This document shows positions 19,086-26,926 of a stretch of 64,000 nt of DNA, piece after piece. Each line of letters begins with the position of its first letter. Position 1 is the first letter of the stretch. The notes below the pieces were generated by a model that saw only the letters and a program-made list of their open reading frames with translations, searched no databases and was not told the DNA's origin. The stretch lies in the IMG/VR virus record IMGVR_UViG_3300028045_000001, positions 1-64,000 of that record; one strand, written 5' to 3'. This DNA comes from a virus. Position numbers and translations under genes: made by a program.

Positions 19086-20084
19086 ATGAAAAAAGGTAAA
19101 ACAACAATCAAGGGCAGTAATGCAAAAATGGCTACATTGGCAATTTGTGGGATAGTTAACATCATTTTTATTTGGACTTTTTGTAGTGCAACGGTGACTG
19201 TTGCAGAGGATGTCGCTGTAACGCACGAGGTACAAGAAGAACAAGTTCCATTTTCAATGGAAGAGCATCGTGTACGATGTCGAAAAGCTACCACTTTAGG
19301 TAGAGAGCACCTTCTGTCAAAGCCCCACACTGTGCAAGGATGGCCCGATAAGGTCATTCGATACTATATCGATAAAGACAGATTGACGGATCCATATGTT
19401 GTTGAAGAAGTAATAAATGTATTCGACGCCATAGCAGAAACCACATGTTTAGACTTCATCCGACTTGATGGACCAGAATCATACAATGTGCAGGTTAAGG
19501 TATTATTGGTAACATCCACTACAAATGGGAGGTACCCCACTTCAACATTAGGATACAATGAGATCGCGAATATAATTAGATTGCGCAATGATTCTCAAAT
19601 ATGGACTATCTATCATATGGTTTTACATGCGTTGGGTTTGACTCATGAGAACCAGCGACCCGACGCAGAGCTTCTTGTTGATATGGATAACATACAAGAA
19701 GAGTTTAAATGTAATTTTGAGAAGCTCCCTGCAAGTTGCTTTCTGTACCCAGTAGATAAGTTCATTTTTGAGGTAAGTTCCATTATGTCGTATAGGCCAT
19801 ACTCTGCCTGTAAAGATTGTAGCAAAAGAACTATCGACTACGGGCGCGAGAAGGAGGGACAACGTGAACCGACATCTATTGATTATATGAAATTGGAGTA
19901 CATTTACTGTGGACTTAATCCGCCACCTAAAGAAACCCAATGGTATTTGTCTTTTCTACATAGGTACCATAATCACTCAAAGCCTGAGGATTTGACGGTT
20001 ACAATAAAAAGTAACGGTATAACTTCATACGTTAATTTTGGTGGCATGGCGTCGCCACTCGGCGATCATGTGAAACCGGAGTAA
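19086..20084 (+). CDS. astacin-like paralog with the catalytic Glu replaced (HMVLH)
   Basis: Reads YHMVLHALGLTHENQRPD. The three Zn-ligand His residues and the Met-turn SIMSY are retained, but the HExxH Glu is Met (ATG at 19617-19619). Has a signal-peptide-like N-terminus. Confidence 0.7.
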   Translation: MKKGKTTIKGSNAKMATLAICGIVNIIFIWTFCSATVTVAEDVAVTHEVQEEQVPFSMEEHRVRCRKATTLGREHLLSKPHTVQGWPDKVIRYYIDKDRLTDPYVVEEVINVFDAIAETTCLDFIRLDGPESYNVQVKVLLVTSTTNGRYPTSTLGYNEIANIIRLRNDSQIWTIYHMVLHALGLTHENQRPDAELLVDMDNIQEEFKCNFEKLPASCFLYPVDKFIFEVSSIMSYRPYSACKDCSKRTIDYGREKEGQREPTSIDYMKLEYIYCGLNPPPKETQWYLSFLHRYHNHSKPEDLTVTIKSNGITSYVNFGGMASPLGDHVKPE

Positions 20085-20112
20085 TAAAACAAGGGTTTAT
20101 TTAATCTTATCG

Positions 20113-20147
20113 ACGAGACTGTGGATCGAATACCCACAGTCTCGTTT
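20113..20147 (+). terminator. intrinsic terminator
   Basis: 12-bp stem ACGAGACTGTGG/CCACAGTCTCGT with a 9-nt loop, then TTTGT. Confidence 0.6.
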
Positions 20148-20180
20148 GTATCAGTATAAAAACTATAAGGGAGAACTGTC

Positions 20181-21470
20181 ATGAAAACAGACACTACCGC
20201 GTTCGTAACAAAGTGGGAAGGGAAACGAGTCACGTTACCATTACACAAAAATGGAACATTTGATTTTGTAGTAGACTGGGGCGACGGTGTAGCAGATCAT
20301 ATAACTGAACATGATCAAAAAGAAATTATACACGATTATGAGGATGGCCAGTTAACGCATGAAGTAGCTATATCTGGCACCATAGAAGGGTTTGGATTTA
20401 TTGTCGATGACCCACTTAGTTACACTGCCATAAATTCGCTCCCCTTTGGATCTTTTCCATTAAATAACACCGACGGCTTTGCGCAGCAGTCCAGGACCAT
20501 TGCATTAGTAAAGAAATTCACGAACTGGTGTATGGGGTTTGTCACATCCAAGCAAGCCATAGTGTCAGGACCAAAGGAAGGAAGCCAATTTATGGACTTT
20601 ATTAAGTCAGCCCAAGCTATGGCCCCAAAACCGAGCGACTGCATATTACTCGATGTCTTACAGTGGGGGGCCGTTAAGTTACACAATGGAGGGTGTCAAT
20701 TTACAGATTGTACAAAGTTAAAAGGCTTCAGTGCTAAGGATGTTCCAGATTTATCTAATGTTACTAATATGATGGGCATGTTCCTCAGAGCTACATCGTT
20801 CAATCAAGACTTATCTAAATGGGATGTGGGTAGTGTTACTGATATGAAAGATATGTTCTGTGGCGCTACTTCCTTTAACCAAAATATCTCTAAATGGGAT
20901 GTGAGTAGTGTTACTGATATGAGCGGTGCGTTCCTCAGGGCTGCATCTTTCAACCAAGACATATCTAATTGGGACGTTAGCAGTGTCACTAATATGAAAG
21001 ATATGTTCTTGGGTGCCGAAGTCTTCGATCAAGACATATCTAACTGGGATGTTGGCAAGGTTACTGATATGGCGAATATGTTTAATGGCGCTACATTATT
21101 CAATCAACCCATCTCTAACTGGAATGTTAACAGCGTCACCGATACAGCTGGGATGTTCTATGAAGCTTCATCCTTTAACCAAGACATATCCAATTGGGAC
21201 GTGGGTAGGGTAACTGACATGAGGTTTATGTTCCACAATGCCACTGCCTTCAATCAAGATATTTCTAAGTGGAATGTTGGCAGTGTTAGGAATATGGATT
21301 GTATGTTCATGTCGGCTGTATCCTTCAACCAAGATATCTCTAACTGGGATGTGAGTAGCGTAACTGCTATGGGAGGTATGTTCTATGAAGCCAGCTCATT
21401 CGATCAGAATATATCCGATTGGGATGTAATCAACACGACCAAAGGAAGTCCCATTAAACAAACAAATTAA
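20181..21470 (+). CDS. BspA-like / DUF285 repeat protein, copy 2
   Basis: The N-terminal MKTDTTAFVTKWEGKRVTLPL...VDWGDG is nearly identical to the ORF at 62864. About 9 repeats of 25 residues. No signal peptide. Confidence 0.8.
   Translation: MKTDTTAFVTKWEGKRVTLPLHKNGTFDFVVDWGDGVADHITEHDQKEIIHDYEDGQLTHEVAISGTIEGFGFIVDDPLSYTAINSLPFGSFPLNNTDGFAQQSRTIALVKKFTNWCMGFVTSKQAIVSGPKEGSQFMDFIKSAQAMAPKPSDCILLDVLQWGAVKLHNGGCQFTDCTKLKGFSAKDVPDLSNVTNMMGMFLRATSFNQDLSKWDVGSVTDMKDMFCGATSFNQNISKWDVSSVTDMSGAFLRAASFNQDISNWDVSSVTNMKDMFLGAEVFDQDISNWDVGKVTDMANMFNGATLFNQPISNWNVNSVTDTAGMFYEASSFNQDISNWDVGRVTDMRFMFHNATAFNQDISKWNVGSVRNMDCMFMSAVSFNQDISNWDVSSVTAMGGMFYEASSFDQNISDWDVINTTKGSPIKQTN
20750..21430 (+). repeat. 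tandem ~75-bp coding repeats (DUF285 units)
   Basis: Same periodic unit as at 9220-10320. Boundaries are approximate. Confidence 0.75.
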
Positions 21471-21478
21471 TTTTGACC

Positions 21479-21524
21479 GCATGGACAAGACTGTCGGGAG
21501 TTCTATCCACAGTCTTGTCCGTGC
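21479..21524 (+). terminator. hairpin terminator
   Basis: GGACAAGACTGT/ACAGTCTTGTCC 12-bp stem plus a flanking GCAT/GTGC extension, with a 14-nt loop. A T7 tract follows about 15 nt later. Confidence 0.6.
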
Positions 21525-21550
21525 TAACAACATCTCATTATTTTTTTATT

Positions 21551-21560
21551 TATATATTAC
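21551..21560 (+). promoter_or_regulatory. early-promoter-like motif TATATATTAC
   Basis: Exact motif after TTTTTTTATT. Lies 101 nt before the ATG at 21652. Confidence 0.55.
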
Positions 21561-21651
21561 CATTACAGTATGCGACCTCCTTACTTAACCAACAATAAAT
21601 ATAATTACCTGGTTACTATCATATAAAAGGATCTTTTTATAAGGAGTATAT

Positions 21652-22086
21652 ATGATCAGTCAAGAGATAGAACCTATCATTGAATCATTTTTAGTGGTGG
21701 ATAAGGATAATAAGCAGAACGCGATATCATGTTCATTGATGCTTCATGGGAGGGTTAGTCCAGGATATCAGGATAGATACGGCTTACAGTTTAGAGGAAG
21801 ACGCGGTTATAAGCTATACAAGATGACTTGTGCAAAAACCGAATACATCTCACTGGTCCCTGACCCAAATGATGATAAATACCCAATCCATTCTGAAGAC
21901 TGTGGGAGCGACACTTGTTCAAGATTAACTTCCGGAATCTGTCCTGGCACTATCTTTGGTACATACTACACTGGTGCCGAAAGACCCAAACGAAATGAGT
22001 ATTCGGACCATCATTATCAATGCATACATCTGGATGATCAAATCCCACCTTATGATCCCCCACCAATATGCACCTGGGAAGAATAG
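21652..22086 (+). CDS. hypothetical protein
   Basis: AAGGAG RBS. Shares a ~40-aa module and a C-terminal C...C......C.G.I.GT pattern with the next ORF. Confidence 0.6.
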   Translation: MISQEIEPIIESFLVVDKDNKQNAISCSLMLHGRVSPGYQDRYGLQFRGRRGYKLYKMTCAKTEYISLVPDPNDDKYPIHSEDCGSDTCSRLTSGICPGTIFGTYYTGAERPKRNEYSDHHYQCIHLDDQIPPYDPPPICTWEE

Positions 22087-22095
22087 GAGATTGAA

Positions 22096-22629
22096 ATGGC
22101 TTACGGGGACATATTAAGAGTGCGCTCAAGATTCATGGTGACCAGCGAAGAAGCCCCAGAAAAGGCATCCCTTTGCCTGTTAGATGACAGGGGGCAGCTA
22201 TGGTTCGAACGTCACAATAAACATGGCAGATACTTTAGAAAAAGAATTATGGAACTATGGGATCTTCTTAGATATCTCTTTCGTGACAAAAATCTACGAA
22301 GAATACATTCGATGTACATGCTAATAAATGGGGACAATAGTAGAAAGGCGTCAGTCTGTGCATTGGATAGATCGGGAACTCTGTGGATAGAGTACTATAC
22401 TGACCATGGGAGGTTCTTTAAAAAAAGTGACTCGCTTATCTATTATATGGGGTGCAGTCAAATACAATATTATGGACTCAACAAAAGAGAACCGTGTAGA
22501 CGTAATCCTTGTATAGAAAGAGATGCACAGCATTGTGCTGGATGGATAACTGGCACAGTGGTTGATGTCAGTAAGCCATTTAGATTGCCTGCAACTTCAA
22601 AAAAATATGAGCATCAAATAGGCGACTGA
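22096..22629 (+). CDS. hypothetical protein with an internal duplication
   Basis: AGGAG RBS. ASLCLLDDRGQLWFERHNKHGRYFRK is repeated as ASVCALDRSGTLWIEYYTDHGRFFKK. Confidence 0.6.
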   Translation: MAYGDILRVRSRFMVTSEEAPEKASLCLLDDRGQLWFERHNKHGRYFRKRIMELWDLLRYLFRDKNLRRIHSMYMLINGDNSRKASVCALDRSGTLWIEYYTDHGRFFKKSDSLIYYMGCSQIQYYGLNKREPCRRNPCIERDAQHCAGWITGTVVDVSKPFRLPATSKKYEHQIGD

Positions 22630-22639
22630 TGTAATAAAA

Positions 22640-23008
22640 GAAAAGATATCTGTTGGGACACTTTGTTTGGAGGAGAGTACCCAACGAACGAGTCTGGTCT
22701 TGGTGTAACAATGTAGTTGTACTTGAAGTACAAACCCTTAAGTCGGTACACAATTGTTGACGGATTTCTAGTTTAGGGGCATCTACCATGCTGCGCTCGC
22801 AGCCGGTATGATGCATGCTCTACAACAGAAACATTACAATAAACTTGAGAGTGACTGATAGCGGAGGTTACTTATCAACGTGCGACAATTGCTGCACTGA
22901 GGCCAGTTAAACAGTATCGCTGAGAAGTGTGACGACATCAATGCATGAATACTATATGTCCATGGGGGGCGCATGCAGTATCTTAATTGTGACGATGTAA
23001 TAAAACTG
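22640..23008 (+). ncRNA. candidate structured RNA / small inserted element (GC-richer, ORF-free)
   Basis: No credible ORF on either strand. The ends are complementary (AAGATATCTG at 22643-22652, CAGTATCTT at 22976-22984). Several internal hairpins. Flanked by a 12-nt direct repeat and followed by a strong terminator. The strand is assumed from that terminator. Confidence 0.3.
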
Positions 23009-23050
23009 CACATACATATCTATGGGCGACTGCCCATAGATATGTATGTG
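23009..23050 (+). terminator. intrinsic terminator
   Basis: 19-bp perfect stem CACATACATATCTATGGGC/GCCCATAGATATGTATGTG with a 4-nt loop. Confidence 0.7.
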
Positions 23051-23082
23051 TGCTCGTTTAATTTAAACAATGGACGGTGAAG

Positions 23083-23382
23083 ATGCTATATCAAATTAAA
23101 AAAAGGTCCTACCGTGATCTTTATATAAATATGAAAATTAAAACAGATACAGATGCCATAGATTATAAAAATATGAAACTCATAACGTTACCAACAACTT
23201 ACCCGATCACTTGTCCAGTAGAGCTTGTAGACAAACTCGGAAACGTTGTAATGGTTTTCTTTATGGATCGTGCTAATAAAAATAAATTAAATGTTCTACA
23301 TAATAAAACTATTTCAAAAGACAGACTGAGTATAATAATTTCAGTAATGATAACTCCAACCCAAAACAAAATGAGGATATGA
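23083..23382 (+). CDS. hypothetical protein
   Basis: First gene of the operon after the terminator. The start could be ATG 23083 or GTG 23077. Confidence 0.5.
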   Translation: MLYQIKKRSYRDLYINMKIKTDTDAIDYKNMKLITLPTTYPITCPVELVDKLGNVVMVFFMDRANKNKLNVLHNKTISKDRLSIIISVMITPTQNKMRI

Positions 23383-23726
23383 TGGACCGTATTTCTACCG
23401 AATGTAGTTTTCTTTATTTAAAGCCAACGCACAGCTACGATTTAGCTAAACTATCACATAATTATGAGGACATTAATGTAATTCAACTGCAATTAAATGA
23501 GCAATTTAAAGACACCGTCTGGTACATGAATATTTATAATGAATCAGATACCTTTATCGGGACAATTCGGAGATTGTTCGAAGAGGAGCCACGCAGAAAG
23601 GATGACGCTCCCTGCAGTCATGAGGTAGCACTAATGAAGAGCTTGGGCGATAGTACCACAGAAGCTATAATAGACGATGTAGTAGCATATATTTATGAAA
23701 CAATAAACAACTTCGGGGGCCATTAA
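23379..23726 (+). CDS. hypothetical acidic protein
   Basis: ATGA start/stop overlap with the upstream ORF, suggesting translational coupling. Confidence 0.55.
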   Translation: MMDRISTECSFLYLKPTHSYDLAKLSHNYEDINVIQLQLNEQFKDTVWYMNIYNESDTFIGTIRRLFEEEPRRKDDAPCSHEVALMKSLGDSTTEAIIDDVVAYIYETINNFGGH

Positions 23727-23727
23727 C

Positions 23728-24624
23728 ATGAAGGTACTTGTATTTTATCGAGAACAAAATATGGACAGTAGAAGCTGCTTAGCCGTACTTGAATCAGTAT
23801 ACGATAAAAAGAATATTACTCCGATCCCAATAAATTACAATTACTTCATTCGGCCAGAATCAAGGGAATTTGATAAGGTATACGTTGTCGGTATCAACCT
23901 CAGGGGAGACAATAAACTCTTTCTTGATGGATTATGCAAAGAGGTGTTTTACTTTGAACAGAATGAAAAAAGTGGAGCACTACTTCCGCTATTGGTTCAT
24001 CTAAATATTAAAGATATCGATCCATGGAGAATGGAACTATACCGCATAATAGATGCTCACCAAAGAGGGGACGCCTCAGTACATGGGGATGCGATACACA
24101 TAGTTAATTGTGGGCTACGTTACTTGGCGGAGGAATCAAACGAACTTGAGAATGGAACTGGGAAGGGAACCGAGCGCAGCCTTGATTGGAATGTCTTCTT
24201 CTCAAATATGAGTGAGGCATGTGGGCAGATCGATATGGAGGCAGTGGCCATGGTTGGGCAGCCTATATATAAAGCAGAACAAGCGGCATTAAAAATATTA
24301 AGTGGGAGATTGGTGCGGGCGGTACAGTTTAAAGGCAAATCGTGTCTCATAGCAAATCATACAACAGGAGATCTATTTCAATTTGTTCCAAACGTCGATG
24401 AGTACAGCATTCACATAACGTACTCCAGAAATAAACGAGGCAAGGTCAACGTTCGATTGACTACTAAGGATGATACGGTGGATGTGCGAAAGATAGCCGA
24501 AGAGTATGGGAATGGTTCCGGTGGAGGTCCATCTCCAAATATAGCTGGATTCACTTGTGACTTTTTACCAGAAGAAATATTATTTCAGATACACAATAAG
24601 CCACACCCCCTGGTTAAAAATTAG
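23728..24624 (+). CDS. DHH/DHHA1-like phosphoesterase-fold protein with degenerate motifs (tentative)
   Basis: The C-terminal GNGSGGGPSPNIAGF resembles the DHHA1 GGGH..AAG motif. The N-terminal VLVFYREQNMDSRSCLAVL and IIDAHQRGD resemble DHH motifs I and III, but the metal ligands are substituted. Confidence 0.35.
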   Translation: MKVLVFYREQNMDSRSCLAVLESVYDKKNITPIPINYNYFIRPESREFDKVYVVGINLRGDNKLFLDGLCKEVFYFEQNEKSGALLPLLVHLNIKDIDPWRMELYRIIDAHQRGDASVHGDAIHIVNCGLRYLAEESNELENGTGKGTERSLDWNVFFSNMSEACGQIDMEAVAMVGQPIYKAEQAALKILSGRLVRAVQFKGKSCLIANHTTGDLFQFVPNVDEYSIHITYSRNKRGKVNVRLTTKDDTVDVRKIAEEYGNGSGGGPSPNIAGFTCDFLPEEILFQIHNKPHPLVKN

Positions 24625-24665
24625 AACTGGACCAGCAAATACAAATAACGGGAGGATGCATCGGG

Positions 24666-25136
24666 ATGTACAATCAAGACTGTAAAGAGGTAGCTGGCGA
24701 TATAATACAATTGGCCATAGAAGGGAGATTTGATGTCATTGTTCACGGTTGTAATTGTTTCTGTACCATGGGGGCAGGACTTGCAAAAGCAATTAGAGCA
24801 GAATTTCCAGAAGCTTATAAAGCGGATCTCAATACAAAGAAAGGAGATGCATCAAAACTCGGTACCTACACCAAAGCAACGGTAGATAGAAATGGAAACA
24901 CTATAACTATAATCAATGCTTACATCCAGTTTGAGTATGGATGGGTTGGAACTATGGCTCAGTACGAAGCCATACGAAACGTTTGTATAAAATTAAAATC
25001 TGAATTTTCTGGGAAACGATTTGGATTCCCTTTAATTGGGGCAGGATTAGCTGGGGGCAACTGGAAAATCATCGAGATTATTTTGTGTAAGGAATTACAA
25101 GGTGAAGACTATACTGTAGTTAAGTTGCCAACTTAA
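24666..25136 (+). CDS. macro domain protein (ADP-ribose binding/hydrolase fold)
   Basis: Reads GDIIQLA..GRFDVIVHGCNCFCTMGAGLAKAIRAEFPEAY ... FGFPLIGAGLAGGNW. This is the typical short bacterial/phage macro domain pattern. Confidence 0.75.
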   Translation: MYNQDCKEVAGDIIQLAIEGRFDVIVHGCNCFCTMGAGLAKAIRAEFPEAYKADLNTKKGDASKLGTYTKATVDRNGNTITIINAYIQFEYGWVGTMAQYEAIRNVCIKLKSEFSGKRFGFPLIGAGLAGGNWKIIEIILCKELQGEDYTVVKLPT

Positions 25137-25172
25137 TAACATGTGTGGCAATGGTTAAAAAAGGAGTACGAT

Positions 25173-25259
25173 ATGGGAGCTATTATAATAAATAAAACTC
25201 AGCAGGTGGTTAAAATTTTAGACGGGCACTCAACGACAGAAAAGATTTATTATCAATAG
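25173..25259 (+). pseudogene. 28-codon ORF, possible truncated third copy of the KNLT-family gene
   Basis: AAGGAG lies 7 nt upstream. MGAIIINKTQQVVKILDGHSTTEKIYYQ resembles the N-termini MKLKNLTGNDVTIFDDKHN and MKIKNLTSRSVTLLDKNHN. About 100 nt of non-coding sequence follows. Confidence 0.25.
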
Positions 25260-25361
25260 GCCGACATACAGAAATTAAAAGCGGTGTTGATGGAAGTACA
25301 ATTGGGTATGACACACTTTTTAGTAATATTTAAGCTATACAGCTTTAAATCGGAGGCGTGA

Positions 25362-26045
25362 GTGAACACTAAATATAAAAATATGATAGCTGATTATCCA
25401 GAAAGATTGTTCGTTCGTCAAGAAGAAATGAATTTAATGGCCGCCATCATATCCAAGGTTGAACCCTATTATAACCTAAATGATGGTGCGCATAAAGTGA
25501 GCCATGCGGTCGATGTAATGTTACTTGCTATGACTCTCCAAAAAGCCACTATGAAAGGCGTTATAGGTTACTATGAGGATAGAAGAAACATAATAGCATC
25601 CGCGTTGCTACACGACATATTTGTACATAGGGGTCGAGCCTCCCATGAAACGGCAGCAGTATTTGAATTAAATTTTGGCACACTAAAGGATTGGTTTACA
25701 CAAATAATTGAAGAGTTTAAATTAGATAGGAATATTGTAGTAGATGCCATTAATGAACATAGGGCATCGTATAGTGGCGCGTACACATCAATTATATCTG
25801 AGTATGTATCAGGTGCGGATAGAGGTCGTCCTGATATCGATCGTTTATGTAAGAGGGTTAAATCCGGGACTGATGCCACACAAGATGAGCATATGATCGA
25901 TCATATAATTGAGAAATTTGGAAGAGAGGGGTATGCGAGATGGTCAGATAGCTATAAACTGCACTTTGGGTCAGAGTTACGACAAATGCAGGACACTATA
26001 GGGGATAGAAGTAGATTGACTGAAATATATGGAAATCAGATGTAG
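25362..26045 (+). CDS. HD-domain phosphohydrolase
   Basis: GGAGG lies 5 nt upstream of a GTG start. Has H..SHAVDV ... IIASALLHDIFVH (H...HD). The C-terminal half is shared with the ORF at 26927. Confidence 0.65.
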   Translation: MNTKYKNMIADYPERLFVRQEEMNLMAAIISKVEPYYNLNDGAHKVSHAVDVMLLAMTLQKATMKGVIGYYEDRRNIIASALLHDIFVHRGRASHETAAVFELNFGTLKDWFTQIIEEFKLDRNIVVDAINEHRASYSGAYTSIISEYVSGADRGRPDIDRLCKRVKSGTDATQDEHMIDHIIEKFGREGYARWSDSYKLHFGSELRQMQDTIGDRSRLTEIYGNQM

Positions 26046-26117
26046 GGGAAAGTAGGGAGTTGATCATTTTAATCAATAATAACAACCGCATAACATTTAA
26101 GAAAGAGGGAGCAAGTT

Positions 26118-26456
26118 GTGAAATTAAAAAATCTTACAGGTAACGATGTCACTATTTTTGACGATAAGCACAATGCCATATGTGAGCTCGCTAAAAACAA
26201 CCATACGATGTTAGCAATTACACAATCATATGAGGATGAAGGTGAGACGTTTTCTATTAATGGGCACGATGTTCCGGTTCGTATATGTAACCCATACCAA
26301 GTCGGGCTACCTGCACCGGAGGACGGTGTTCTATATGTTGTACCACGTGTGATACTACAGATATGTAGTGAAAGAGAGGATCTGGTAGCCTTAGCATACA
26401 GGTCTCCACAAATTGGGCATGGGCTCATCCCAACTATAGTGTCCCTTTTAAACTAA
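26118..26456 (+). CDS. small hypothetical protein, KNLT family copy 1
   Basis: GTG start after AGAGGGAG. MKLKNLTGNDVTIFDDKHNAI...INGHDVP is paralogous to the next ORF. Confidence 0.55.
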   Translation: MKLKNLTGNDVTIFDDKHNAICELAKNNHTMLAITQSYEDEGETFSINGHDVPVRICNPYQVGLPAPEDGVLYVVPRVILQICSEREDLVALAYRSPQIGHGLIPTIVSLLN

Positions 26457-26490
26457 TTAGACGCATATGAAAGAAGGATAGTTTTAAATT

Positions 26491-26880
26491 ATGAAAATAA
26501 AAAATTTAACTAGTAGAAGCGTTACACTTCTAGACAAAAATCACAATACTATCATTGCACTCAAGCCAGAACCATTTGAGAAGAATAAGGCAGGGGAAAG
26601 GCTCCCCCATTTTTACAGTGAGAACAAGTACGAAAAATGTGGAACTTGTGACATTAATGGGCACACTTTACCGACATTCAAGTGGTCACGTGAAATTGTG
26701 GCAGGAATGCCTGAGTTTAAAAAGGACGAGGCGTATCTCATCAACCATAGCCAACTACTGGACCCAGAGTATGTGCAAATTCTAAAAAATCACACTGTGT
26801 TCATTTTGGATGTACAGACGATGGTTAAGAACATAGATGGATCCATAAAAGGCTATTGCGGATTAGCTAAACTTAAATAA
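26491..26880 (+). CDS. small hypothetical protein, KNLT family copy 2
   Basis: Reads MKIKNLTSRSVTLLDKNHNTI...INGHTLP. Confidence 0.55.
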   Translation: MKIKNLTSRSVTLLDKNHNTIIALKPEPFEKNKAGERLPHFYSENKYEKCGTCDINGHTLPTFKWSREIVAGMPEFKKDEAYLINHSQLLDPEYVQILKNHTVFILDVQTMVKNIDGSIKGYCGLAKLK

Positions 26881-26926
26881 CTAAGATACGACATGTGCTT
26901 ATGTGTTGGTGGTGGAGAAGAAAAGA

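Noticed and set aside
22580-22816. 78-aa minus-strand ORF inside the GC-richer insert.
   Set aside because: It has no RBS, overlaps the 3' end of the convergent gene 22096..22629, and has implausible composition. I treated the region as non-coding.
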